Assembly: GCA_002633005.1 (NCBI GenBank)
Contig: NMRA01000274.1
Span: forward strand, 124,391 to 188,390
DNA length: 64,000 nucleotides
Direction of reading: 5' to 3'
DNA from: Phoronis australis
Lineage: Eukaryota; Animalia; Phoronida
The notes under the pieces were generated by a model. That model saw nothing but the letters and a program-made list of their open reading frames with translations. It was not told the DNA's origin and ran no database searches. Positions 1 to 13,700 of the stretch are shown piece after piece. Each line of letters opens with the position of its first letter. Position 1 is the stretch's first letter. The translations under genes were made by a program, and so were the position numbers.

Positions 1-3000
1 CTCTTACCAAGCTATGCTGTTACTAATTCCAGTCATTCCAACACATGTTCCTGTGCTTCTGGGAAAGACGAGTAAAACAATTCTACCACAGAAACGGTGC
101 CCCGTTGGCATAGGATTATAGTTTTACATTTATTTAACACAAGTTGTGCTTGCCACAGTGCTAAAACCACAAGCGGTTAGGTATTCAAGAGTCCCTTAAA
201 ATATACGCAATGCAGATAAACAAACCACCATTCATTTTCCAAATAAGAAGAACTATCTATTGAATTTCAATAAAAACAGTTGACCATATTGACATCATCA
301 GCAAAAAAGTACTTAAGCTTGACCCAATTCCCACAACAGAACCAAACGAGGAATAATTTGACCGTTAATGGACTTTCAAGGAGAGCCGACTCATTTTGCA
401 GTACCTGAAGTTGTAAATACGCATGGAGCTGTTTTAGTACTGGAAGACTCGATTTTCAAACCACAAATTGTAATTTGAAATCTTTCAGTCCTTGGGATGA
501 CAAAGCGAAGTCTGACCACACAGACGTTCAACTTTCTCCTGATTTTACAGATTTACCAAGAAAGCATCGTCACATTTGGGTTAAGCTGTGCTGGCAGTGT
601 GTACTCCAAGCACTTTTCATTACATTTCTCAGTGTTTACAAACTAAAACTATAGTAATAACAGCCATCTGGTTCATTCTAAATTATCTTCTCTTGTTTCC
701 CATTGATAGAAGTAGCTCAAGATTGGCCTCATTTGTCTAACATACATTATGCAATGTTCCATTGGACCGTGTTCGTTTTCGCACACCCATAGAAACTGAA
801 ACGGACCATAACGCTTTTGGAAGGCGGAACAACTAGAGCCAGTATTTGGAACCGTGGGATGAACACAGCTCTAAATGACAATGTTTCAACATTAAACTGC
901 AGATTGGGGAATGCCAGTTTTATCAAAGGTATCATCTTTGCTACGACAGGAACACTGACAAAATGGGTCCCTAGGTTTTTATTAAGTTTCCGTGCCTCAT
1001 ACGTCACTATAATTTACCAATACCTCATTTCTTGTATGTGATCTAACGACTGTGGGACCAGTCCATCATCCCACAGATGCAGTAGTCAAGCTTTCACAAA
1101 TCAGAACACAAGGTGGCAAACAACAAAATTTTGGTTTTGCCAAAATAGCTAAGTAAAATATGTACATCTAAGAAAACTTGAACACTTCTTAGCAGAAACA
1201 TTTTGTACAGCAAAGATCAGCAAATAACGAGTTGGTGGCAAAATTTCTCTCTCTCCGTGAGAATCTTCTTTTTCTAGTTTAGATATTCTAGCTTTGGTAC
1301 TTTTGCCGAGCCCAGGCTCAATATTTAGTCTATCTCAGCTTTGGCACTTTCTTCCACTCCATGCTCAATGTACGCCTTCACAACTCAGTGCCAGAAGAAC
1401 AAAGGAGCCCTTCTCTCTCTCTCTGATTGGGTCATCAAAGTGCACTACACTGCTGAGAGTGTTCCAACTGTTATGTAACAGAGGAAAGGAAGAAGAACAG
1501 TATCCCTGGCCTGGATGATGCCACTTTGGTTCAAAAGTCGACCTTTAGTTACTAGAGCACAGAAAGACAACTTTGGGAAAATGTAACTGGTTTATACAAC
1601 ATTTTAATAAAAACTGTGGCTTTTGCGATTCCACCGCATATTTTATCTATCTGATCAATCAATGTTTAGCATTTAATAAGGAAGTGTTGTCACTTCAAGG
1701 TTGGGAGATGATGACCCAGGAGCCAATTTACCATTTGAATCGGATGAAAATCAAGGCTATCCAAACAGAGACACATTGCTCGCTTGCAGCGTTGTCCAGT
1801 GCATAAGTACCTAATTAATGAATGTGTTAACTAGCCAACAACATGGTTCTCCCCAAGCAAAAATTCAAAATGCAAATTCCACGCCATATTGTTGTGTTCT
1901 AATTTCTTTTATGTTAATTCACAAAAACAGCTATTGCTTACATATTACATTCATGTCACTGTCATATTCAATGCAAAATAATAGATGTATGCGGCCAACT
2001 ATGCAACACTTTTTCAACCGTTGTGTGAAGCAGAAAAATGGCTTCTCTAACATGGCTTCACATTTAAAATATGGCTCAGGGCTTTTCAAACATGGCGCAA
2101 AACATGGAGCAGCAAACTGTTTGATAGCATGTACGGGGAACACTGAAACTAGGTGGAAAGAACTGTACACCATGACGCGAGAGTTTTTGATTTTCCCAGT
2201 AAACTAGGGTTCCTTAATTCAAAGATACTCTTAAGACAAAACGCAAACAAATTTCAACTCGTGGAAATCAGCACTAAAACTTTTCTTCAAACAAGACTGC
2301 AAATGAGAAGTACGTCACACATCTTTATCTCATATTCAACTTAAGTACCAAGATGGAAACTGAACAAACACAAAAATTGTTGATCAAGTGTTGATCTAGG
2401 CCAATGGACCACATGGCATCCATGCCCAGTGTGGCGCTACAATAACAAAGTGAGGGACAACGGGTGCAGGATGGCCTTTGTTTTAACCCTCCCAAGTGGT
2501 GCCAACAATGGGGAGGTATTCGTGGAGCGACGTGTGCAAGTAAAACAAGGGAGCCACTATTCCCAGGAATCTGCACGGGACAAAGGAAATCATGGTCGAT
2601 ACATTTCCTGTGTTGATCGTGTCCTAACGACTTCACTGTTGTGCTATTTTTACAGGCAACATTTTGAGATTAAGGAGACCAAGATAAAATGTCCCAAATA
2701 TTAACAATGGAGAGTTTGCCTACAAATGAACGCCATGTCATATACATGACAGGCTATATTCACCTCACATAAGCTGGCTAAATGAAGGATTGCCACACTA
2801 GTCAATTTTGTCAGCACTGGTAGGTAACTTAAAACTATGAGAGACCACCATCGACTGGCGTCAGTTGTTGTAAGGTAACATGGCTACTCAGCTCAGTCAA
2901 CATTCTCAGAAGGTGACACACCACACTTCATCAATATACACATGGAGTGAGTAGGCAAGACCATAACCATATGACTAGTAATGGACAGAGGACCAGCAGT

Positions 3001-3223
3001 TACAACATACTTTTTTAGTTCCAAGTGAAGTTTTGTTCTTAAATTATAATAAAGGGTATTTTCTTATACATAAGACAAAAGGAAATTGAATGAATTTAAG
3101 ATCTGCCATTAGGCCGAAAGAGAGAGACCCTTCCCTTGTTGTAGACTTTCAGAGATGTGATAATGGAGACAGTAATAATTACACATCACAGACAAAAGCA
3201 TTCGCAAAATAACTAGATCATAC

Positions 3224-3247
3224 CTGGTATGGTCGATAGTAAAACAT
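3224..3247 (-). CDS. Candidate alternative first coding exon MFYYRPYQ (phase 0; HEBAlt/TCF4-A-like position)
   Basis: acgATG TTT TAC TAT CGA CCA TAC CAG|gtatga; in-frame TGA three codons upstream; phase 0 equals the end phase of exon 7. Confidence 0.5.
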
Positions 3248-6200
3248 CGTTAGTCACCAACCGAGCCCCGCGACAAATCCTCAGCCTGTCCCACAACCCA
3301 AACAGCACACAAAGAACAACGAATGACGACTAGAGTTATCTAAATATCCAAGGTTGATAAAAACTCCAGAATTGCCCGGCCTGCCTTTGTGAACGGTCCA
3401 CAGTTTTACCCTTCCACAGTGGAACATGCAGCTTGCTGGCCTCAAAACTGATATTAAGTTACCAAGCAAATTCACTGTTTGTGGAAGCCATCACTTCACA
3501 TCAAGGGGTGACAGATGGTACCAATTAACATACATTGCGAAGGAATTCCCCAACGCAATAAACAACGAAAGTTTAACAAAACAACGTTTTCTAAGCAAAA
3601 GAAAAAGTCACTTAAATTTCACTGCATGAAAATATGTCTTTCGAAGACGAATCCTGCTTAAACCTGGCCACCCCTCAGCCCATTACCGGCAGCCATTTTG
3701 TGAGAAGATGGCCAAGTGAGACGGCCAGCTGGGCTCACCGGCTGGGTGTAAATTCCTGTCCAAGAAAGATCAACTGCACACAAAGTTAGTAATTAAATTC
3801 TTTAAGTATTGGGTTCCATAAAAAGCGGGTCAATTTTCAAACTAATCCTCAAGAAAAAAGAAAGTTAACAGAAACATAGTAGCATAGCAATTTACAGGAG
3901 AACATTGAAACCAATAAGCCTTGTAGAGACACAAGCCAACCCACTCTTGCCTAGTTGCCAGAGGTCCAACAGACGTAATCTATTGCTGGTGACAGGCAGC
4001 ACAACTGGCCAGAGCAAAAAAACACCACCGCATCACCACGAATCAGTTACATCGAGCTGGCTCAGTGGCTGTAGATCTGTTCTCTGCCAGCTTATGACTT
4101 CAGCATGTTGCCAGAGAGAGCAGAGTGGGGCAGGTGTCCATCGGGTGGAATCGAAATCATTGTTGACAGGAGAAAAACACAGATGTACAGACTGCACATC
4201 TGTGCTGGCGGGGTTTGGAACCTGCTACCAGTTGTAGTACTACTACCACTACTATCAGCAGCACCAGGCCTTTCAGTCACTCACCAGTCAGTACTGAGAC
4301 TGGTGATTGAACAGGAATGGAATGGTGTCAAGACAGAAAGAAATGAAGAGCCCTCAAAGAGCAGTTGATAACACTTTTGGCAGGCGATTGTCTGATCAGC
4401 GCGTAGTTTAACGCCAACTGGAGACCAGTGTAAAAACGAGATCAACTGAAATAAGAAGCTGACAAGATATTACGTGATGATCACTTCAGAGCACAATTCA
4501 ATATTCCCACTTGTGACGCAATGGACACGAGACCACAGTACATGAAAGAGATGGTGCAAAATATAGAGAGCAGATGAGATGTTAGGACCCAACGGTCGAT
4601 CAGGATATTTTTGTTACCTAAGGCATTTTCAAGTGCTTTATAGGCAAAAGATGACGAGTGTGTTCTCATAGCACAACATAGGAAAGGCATTGTAGATTAC
4701 AGTACTGCAAATCATTACAAAACTGAATGTAGTTAACGCTCAACAATAAGACGCTCAACAATAAGACGCTAGTTTGTGTCGTCGGGGAAAAATATGTGCC
4801 ACAGTTTATTTTCAGTACATTCCTCCTGAGATGACGAGAGACAGATGAACTAATGACTACAGACAAACTAGGACACTGTACCTCGGGGAAAGGGGACAGT
4901 CGTGGTTGCAGCAAGTGAGTGTTCAGCAAACACCACATGAATTTCACTCAGTCACAGAGCAGTTAACAGTCAGACAAAGAATCATTTTATGACAAAATTC
5001 TTGAACCACATTTCAAAGCAGACTTTCAATAGCGATCAATTATGGAAATTAGTCATTTAATTACCAATTCGTAAAATTACCATAAAATCTCGACAATTTC
5101 TGACAAAAAAAGTTATTTTTGGATTTCCATGCAGTTCAACGTAGTAGTGAATATCCAAAGATTTTCAAAATATTGTTCCCAGTAACTATGGTACAGGACG
5201 GGAAAATGGTGCAATATTTTTAGAGAGAAAAAATTTGAAAATAAAATTCCATGTTTCTGCCAAGTTGTGACCTAAATGGGGGAGTAAGGAAATTCCAGAT
5301 CCAAAGTTGGCGCAAAGTCACTAAGAAATAAGATGAGCCCGAAAATGCAGACTAACAAGCAAAAATGGCATTTGAAACTTTAAAAAATGGCATTTGAAAC
5401 TCAGTAAAAGGATGACTTTTCTTGAAATTCAATTTTTAAAACATATACGAAAGTTATGCCATGATTCATGAAATAATCATTCCTAAAAACATACAAAAAA
5501 TCCTCAGTGCTGTTTCGTATTTCTGAACTTTTGAGACCGTAAAATATATGTGCACAGCACACCTCGATAAAATGCGTGATCTGAGTCAACATTTGAAAAT
5601 TTAAAACCGAAAACAACATGCAAGGCCAGTGAACCTAGCTACAGTACCCGAAATTAACATTCCCAACGTGGGTTAAATTTTGCAACGAGAACGGGTTACT
5701 GCCAAAACATGCCAAACTTCTGTTGAATGTGGTCAAATAAAGCCGACCACATTCACCAGCCTAATGGCTATTCCAGTCACGGATCTCAAACTTGACTATT
5801 TTCCATTGGCTAATTTAGATTGGAAAACACACCAGACAGGTGAATTAATAGCGCAATAAGTTCACACTTCTGATACTGTTAAAATATTAAATGACAAAAT
5901 AGCTGTATTGATATATTCATGTGAATAGTCATTCATACCTATCACGCACTAAGGCTCGGCAAAAATTCAAAGAGATTTTCTTTATTTTCTTAGAGCAATT
6001 ACAATCATTAAGGAATAAAAATTAACATAATTACAATTATTAATGAATGAAAATTAACATGCTATACTTAGACTTCCAATCAGTTGAAAATATCAAAAGA
6101 TATTAATTCTTAAAAGGTGATAGGGCAATTGACGTGAAAGGGCAATTGACTGTTTTGAACTGTTGCAAATTCTTAATACAATATTGTAAACATAAACAAA

Positions 6201-7687
6201 GATCTTTTTAAACTGATTACAAAAATGCATTCAGTGTAAATTTAATATGATAATCATAAGCAAAGAATCTGTTACAATGAATGCTTACACACAATGACCA
6301 ATGTAATTGTTTTTTAATTTAAAGATCTTCACAACATATCTCAGGATGTGAAATTTGCCAAATTAAATCACCATTTGTTTTCTGTGGTTAAACTGCAGCC
6401 AGGATTGAGCTCATATGTTTTATTTTCGGCTTAACAAACTGGTTCATTCTTATTTTAATGTATTGGCCATTTTTGACCCATCAAAACCATGTTCCATGCA
6501 ACTTTATAGCGATTACAGTAGAGGGATGGAAAATTCTATTTCTAAAGAACTAAAAATCAGAAGACACAAGGAAAATGATAAAAGTAATCTTGAAATTCAT
6601 CTTCAATAAAACGGTATTACAAATTACCAATTTCCACAAGAAAGTGAGGTGTTTTAGACACAAGCGTAAACCACGAAAACAATAAATATACAAGAACTCC
6701 ACCAGCCACACTGAGCATGGCATGTAAGTAGGGCAGCACTGGGCAGTGTGCCCACTACCCCCCCCTACAGCTAGCGAGGTGGTGAACTGGTGCACAAATC
6801 TGGCCTTCATTAGAGACCAGCCATGGCTGTGCATACTTTGCCCAATTCTCGCCATATGCGCTAGAGCCTATGAAAATAGTCCTGCAACCAATTAGAGCCG
6901 GGCCTTGTTGTTTGAGGGTGAGCGAAATGAGGGCTACCAATTACCAGCGGGGGAGCATTTGGAGAGAGCCAGCACTGGACTTGGCTTTTCAGATTTTCAC
7001 ACCAGGCGGATTTGTGGATACATGTGACAGCGCATATCCGGCAGCAGGTCATCAATGCGCGGACATAACAGGCTTGCAATGCGTGTAACAAAGTTAGTTG
7101 ACAGATCACTTCGAAGATGACCTGCTCATTTATAATTACCCGATCTAATCACCTCAGTTGTAAAAACAAACACAGTCATCTATTATAGGTTCCTCCAGTG
7201 CATCCATTCAGTAATACCTTCTTCGATCAGCAAAACAAACTCATCACCAGTAGAATGTCTACCAAACTGTATTAAAGCAGGTGAAATACTGGTAAATTTA
7301 AAGAGCAGTCGGCTTTAAATGTCAGCCACATAACTCTATTCATGAACAGCGAATCAAGCTGGCAAAGTCACACAAATGTTCCTCTCAGCACAAAAAAAAA
7401 TCTTAACTTCAAACTTACAAAATAGTTGGAAGTGTAAGCCCCTACAGTGGGAAACAGAAAACCATGCAGGCAATTTTGTTTGGCATAACAGAATCAGTGT
7501 TGATGTTTTTTCTGGCACTGATAATTTAATCCAGATGGCCTCCAGTGGAGTCTGACCAGCACGCCTCCTGGTGGTGACAATACCTACTAAGCTAGTATTG
7601 CAAACGGACACCAGGTGAGGCTACTTGTTCACTGCAGCAAAACCACACTCACAAGTACACCGAATGAGAAAGCAAAGAACAACTTAC

Positions 7688-7740
7688 GCCCTTGGCTTTG
7701 GCTTTGGCTGCAGCCACATTGTATTTCCCGGGAGGCGCCC
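7688..7740 (-). CDS. TCF12: E-protein coding exon 7 ((G)APPGKYNVAAAKAKAKG, phase 1 to 0; basic, NLS-position exon)
   Basis: tgtctaacacag| ... GGC|gtaagt; 53 nt in frame; size and phase resemble the vertebrate KKVRKVPPGLPSS exon. Confidence 0.78.
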
Positions 7741-10700
7741 CTGTGTTAGACAATTCAACATAGTCAAAATTGTGTCAAGCTTAAATATTAAAACAGCTGT
7801 TTCAGTACATTAAACTTATTTTGGAAAGGCAAATATTAGCTGTAGTCTAATTGGTAAACGTACAGCCTTTGTTGTAAAAACAGGCAGTCGTCATTTGTTT
7901 ACATAGGTCATCACAACTATTATTGCATGAAGGAAATTTAATGATCTATGGATCACAAGCATGTCACAGGATGATGAAATACAGAAACCTCCATCAAACC
8001 AATGAAGTTCATTTTCAACCGTAAACAAATTCACTACATTAACGCTTGATTTAATTTCTTTTCAGGATAGCTGACAAGAAGCAAAAGTGGTTTTAAAGCT
8101 ACTAATAGAAGAGTCCTTACCTGGTGACAAACTGCCCGTGGGTGACATGTTTAGTAACAAGCCCTGAAATAGAAATGACCAGTTCACATTAGAATATTGC
8201 GCCAACATGGGCTAACACTTGTGACGTAATAAAAAGATACAAAAAGCTGTAGAAAGTGCCAAAAACATGCACGTAACTATAAAGAGTGGGACTAAAACAG
8301 GGTCAGCTTGTGTTTGGGAGATCCTCAATTCAGCACACTGGGTGACGTACAGCTGGAATTATATTTTGTCAAATTCGTCAAAAAATGGGAAAGACAGATA
8401 TTTCCTATAAGTATGGATTGTGCCGTACAGTTATGATAAAACATAACTTTTCAGCATTACAACGTAAGTAACTTTTTAAAAATGGAAACATGTAACTTTG
8501 GCTATAACCATTTCCTGATACAACGGCAAAATATTGAAATGTGCCTCACCACTAGATGACAGTAAATTAGCCAGGATTTTGCCCATCAGACATTCGCAGC
8601 TCCCAACTGCCAAATGGAATCTGGGAGAATTTTAGGGGGGCATGGCCCCCTTCCCCCCCCAAATCTGCTACTGGAGTAATTACATGAAAATGTTCCAAAA
8701 TGACCGTGAATGAAAGAAACCCTACATTGCCCCTGTTAACCCATCTTGTACATAAGAATTAGAAACTGGGTCAAGCACAAAACACTTGCATGCTAAATAA
8801 TGTTTCCCGTTATTTGCGTGTGAAATCGAACAGCGACGACCAAAATACATATTAAAGCACCACAATAAAAACCAACAAGTGAACACTTCTAGAACGGAGT
8901 GGCGACGTAACACAGAAGTGAAGAAAGAGTGGAATTGTAGTGGGACTTGAAATTCGCAAAAAAATACTTCAAATTTATAGATACACCGTCATCTCCAAGA
9001 ACAAGATATGCACTACAAACAAACTTGGCACTATGAATTCTACAACTTCGTAAAAAACCACAGGGAGCCTGTCAAGAGGTATGTGTGACATGGAAAGAGA
9101 CGATCACCTGTGACAAGGAAAATGGAATCAATTAATTGCGAGCCGATAGCACACCTGAGCTCCCGTGACGACAATGAAAATGGGAAATTTGATATATCGA
9201 CATTTCAGCTTGTTTTTGCTGTCAAAAAACAAATGAACAGAACAAACTAGAACATTGAAAAATCAAACAACACCACAACAATACAATAAAATAGGTTTTC
9301 CATAGTTCTCGACGATGTTGAGCAGGTAAAAATTCACTTAATACGAACTTCTTTGGGAACAGCGAGCCCACCATGAACCGAAACTAAGGTCTATAGCTCC
9401 CCCGGGTGCACGACCCTATTCTAGATCTGGGTCAATAAAGTGCGCGTAATCCATTGGTTGAAAAAGACCCTAAGATGCGGGTGGAAACGTTCGAGTCATC
9501 AAGAAGTTTGTAATCAGTGAATTTTTACCTGCTCAACACAACAATAATACTGTACAATGTCTCCAGTTTGGACAGTCTCTACCATTTGGGACACTAAAAA
9601 TCAAGCCAAATTTTCTAGATTCTGAAGACTGGGGATATGGGCAATTTTGGCATTCACCCAAATCCTATTTCTCAACTATAGAACACTGTGTATCAACAGA
9701 TACTGAAATAAGGATTTTTGACAGCTCATCAAATTGTCGATAAAATATATTGATGCAACATTTTCACACGTCTTCACAGTGCATAATTTCGAGGCAAATT
9801 CGGGACAGTCAATATTCCCCATTTCTAAAATTTGGTGCAAGCTCCAACTTTGAGCAAAATAATTTTTCGTGGTCACAAACTGGGGTATTTTCACGGTAAT
9901 TATCAAACACCAGGTATGGGAAGTGTAACAACGTTAACATTCAACGACAAAAAAACACCGCAGCATTCAATTGTTTTCCCTATGCAACACCATCCTTTGT
10001 TTTAGTATTTTAATACCGCGAGTTTCTCATTACACACATGATAAAACTATGAACAGGATGGAGTTCATTAATTGGTTCAGTGGATAGATTCACCACCTCT
10101 AACTTCATTCATTTGAGTTCAAAGTGTACTATGTTGGCCCGATTATTCCGATTGGTGTTAAATAGTACTCTAAGATGCAATTTGACAAAAAGCTTTTGTT
10201 TTCATTCAAGGTACTCCCGACTGCTAACATCCCTACCAAAAATAACTCCAGTCAAATGATCAAAAAAAAAACAACCCCACATGTTGAAAAGGTTGTTATG
10301 ACCTCGATTTGTTGCGTTGCACGGAAACAACTGTTGTCAACCAAAACTGCACTGAATGACCCCAGGATATAGGCGGCCAACACAACAGCCTGTTCACAGA
10401 ACACTGAACACTAAGCAATAGCTAACAATGGGAGAGGACGTGTTCGTTTTCTAGAATATTTTACAGCACAAGATTAAATCCCTGCTAGAGTAATAATTGG
10501 TGAGCGAGTGAGCGCAGATAAAAATGAAATATTTTTCAATTCACAGAATGAGCAAAATTCGGTAAGACCTTATCAATTCAGGACACAATATGGCGGGCAG
10601 GTGAAATGTTATATTCTCATAAATGACACAAAGTGTCATATCCAAGTTCTGTGCTATAGAGACAAATTTTTGAAGGAGTGTGATTTTAGAAGCCCATAAA

Positions 10701-13700
10701 AAAGAAGAAAGTGTTATTTTGGTACTAATTATTTTGGTACTAATTATTTTGGTACTAATTATTTTGGTACTAATTCTTTTTGTCCAAATTTGGCGAGATT
10801 TCACTGCTTTCAGAATTAACAGTCAATTGCAGCTTCTCAATTATATTTAAAGAGCTCCATTGAATCTACAATTGTTCAAATCAGTAAGACAATTTCCATA
10901 GTACATGGCAAAGCAGTGCTGCTCAAAAGCTTCATTTCAAAACTTTCATATGCCATTGACAGCTTGTGCATAAGCGGCGCAAAACAATTTCACCTCTCCA
11001 GCTGAGAATCAGATTCAAAAACACTTTGTACTTTGAAGACACTTTTGACCAGTAACCATGGAAACGATTTGTGTACTCACCTGAGCAGGACCCTCTCTAC
11101 CCTGGTAACTCCTTGGATACTGTTGATCTTTATCTATAAAGACGAGAGCGGGTCAATTTCAACAGGCTTTCTAGACCTGTCATTTGAGTCAGGAAACAGA
11201 ACAGGTCAAATAACATGGGCGACAGATGCAAGGCGTTGGACAATCTAATCCCAGCTTTGCACACCATACGGAGGGCCGGTGGAATTAGATTTCGACAAGT
11301 TTCTGAACTAAGAAGGGCGGCAAGATACTAAGGAATGACATCCGCTCTTAGCATGGTTTGTACCATGTAGTTGACAATAGACAAAAATAAATAAACAACT
11401 GTTCACTTTCAGCAATTTGGGAAAACTAGAAATTGCCAATTTTGTCAAATATTTTTTAGAAAATAACCAAGGAATAACTACATACTTCCCACAAGAGGAA
11501 TCCCATTGTGTCCCTTGGAATGACTAAATGTACTATAAAAAAGTTTTGCACTATTACACAAAGTTACAGAGATACCTAGAATTTCAGAGACAACAACACG
11601 TCGGGGATCAAAGTCGAAATATGAACTCGACATTTCCGATGAAATATTGTTCCGTACAAGCGAAACCGCATATGCTCTAAGTGGGTCACTTTTGACGGGC
11701 TCGAGCTAACCTCAGCTTCTAGTCAGCCAGTGTTTAAAAATACCTCAAGTGGCCACAGGTGTAAAACAGTGTGTCAGATGAGGCGCAAGTGGTCTCAACA
11801 CCTGTGATTTTTTAACGGCCTACAGGTGAGGTGAAGAAGCAGCCAGTTGCGTCAAGACACAGGGTTGTTCTAGGTGCAGAGCCAAGCACTTATCCTGTAC
11901 AATGTACAGGGTGAAACCAACAGAGCGAGAGCTTGTCGACCCTGTCATTTTGTTCAACACAGTACAATACACACTAAACGCCTATGACAAGGTTTAACGA
12001 CAGAAATAAAACTTTATGTCAAATGGCAATTTTGTAATTTCTCACGATCACTGCACACCTGGAGCAGGTTAATTGCCACAACATCATGTGCAGAACCATT
12101 AGGTCCAGCCCACGACAGCCGGTCCGACTATAGGCATTCCTCTGCGCCCAGATGATGTTGAAAGGACGATCTGTGCAATAAATTTCACGACGTGCCAACC
12201 GTGAAATTGGCGCATAAAATCAACTTTTCAGAATGCTTCTGAAGAGCTCATACGGCGTTGTTGCAGCTAGAAAGTTGGCAGTAACTAGTGCACCTGCCAG
12301 TACAGAGCCTGGGAAAGTTTTTTGACTGCCGGCAAAAAGCAGGTGTTGAGCCCATTTCAATTCATGAAGTTAATGAGGAAAGCGAATTTTAATTATTCAT
12401 ACACAAAAATTGACGCTCATTTTCTAGTCACAATTCGATGAAAAGAAACTCTGTACTACTAGAAAGAAAACTGTTTTTATAATTAATGGCAATAAGGTTT
12501 GTTAGCTCTATGAGAAACATCACAAAAACGACCCATACTCCGCAACACTGCTATAACAGGAACATTTTACAGAATTAGCACTACTTCTATGCTTCCTTTG
12601 AAGTACCTAATCGTATGTTTTCTTTAACACTCCCCCCCATCATGTTACTTAACACCTTGGAATACCTCATCAACCACAAGGAAGTCAGAGGAACCCATTT
12701 TAAACGTTACACAAACACTAACAGGGGAACACTGTTCAGAGACAAGGCGAAGGAAATCTGTGAAATTCTGGAAGGAGCAAATTAAACAAACACTTGAAGA
12801 GCCGATTTGTTGAAGTTAAATACCCTAGTGAATGGAACAGTGGCTTTGGTAAACAGCAGAGGGCACTCCGAGTACCCCACCACCGGGTGACGCCATTGTG
12901 CAGTGTTATGCAATACAACTACAACAGCGGGTCTCATCAGATTGATAAATAGATCACTTTTAATACACCAAAAATGCCTTTTAATGAAAATAGGGAAAAA
13001 CAGGAAGACCAACAAAAGTTTAAAATTCAAACTGTATAAATAAAATAACATTCTGGTTATATGATTGGAATATAACTACAGTACTTTCTAGAATCTTTTA
13101 AATAAAAAAGACCAGACATTCCTTCAGCAAAATGGTGTTATATAATGTCCTTAAATTCGTAAAATAAATATGCGTAAATAAAACAACAAAAATGGATCAC
13201 TGAAATTTTCGGATACAATAACAGAAACAGAAAAAAAAATAAAGTAAAATAAAACACTATATAAATAAAACACTATATGACAACTGACAACTGATATATG
13301 GCGTAATGACAATGATACATTGTTGCGGAAAAAAGTAAAGGATATAATTTAAGAAGTCTTTATGTTCGATCCATTAGGTTAAAAAAATGCAGAATTTTAT
13401 TCTGCTGCTACTACATTGGAGAACAAGTGCTGTCAGGTGATACCGTTGTCAAGCCAAGTAATTGCTTAAAGCGCACACAGATTTACAGTGCCAATGGAAT
13501 AGTATTCTCAGAAACCGTGTGGAAAAGAAGCTCAGCTTTGTTTCAGTGCCGTGCGGCATGTATTTAATACTTACTTATTAGCGATGGCATGTCATTTGTG
13601 TAGGGTTGCATATCCACACCATGGCCATTATAGGAGTTTGTGTTGTACATCTGAAAAACATCTCACTACAGCAATGACGTTCAAAGAAAAACACGCAGGC

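Noticed and set aside
7218-7266. Exon-like 49-nt segment FGRHSTGDEFVLLIEE
   Set aside because: Weak splice signals and no similarity to the expected VYAPS-type exon.
7540-7585. TTRRRAGQTPLE peptide resembling the TCF4 RRRPL motif
   Set aside because: No phase-compatible acceptor or donor, and it is in the wrong order relative to exon 7.
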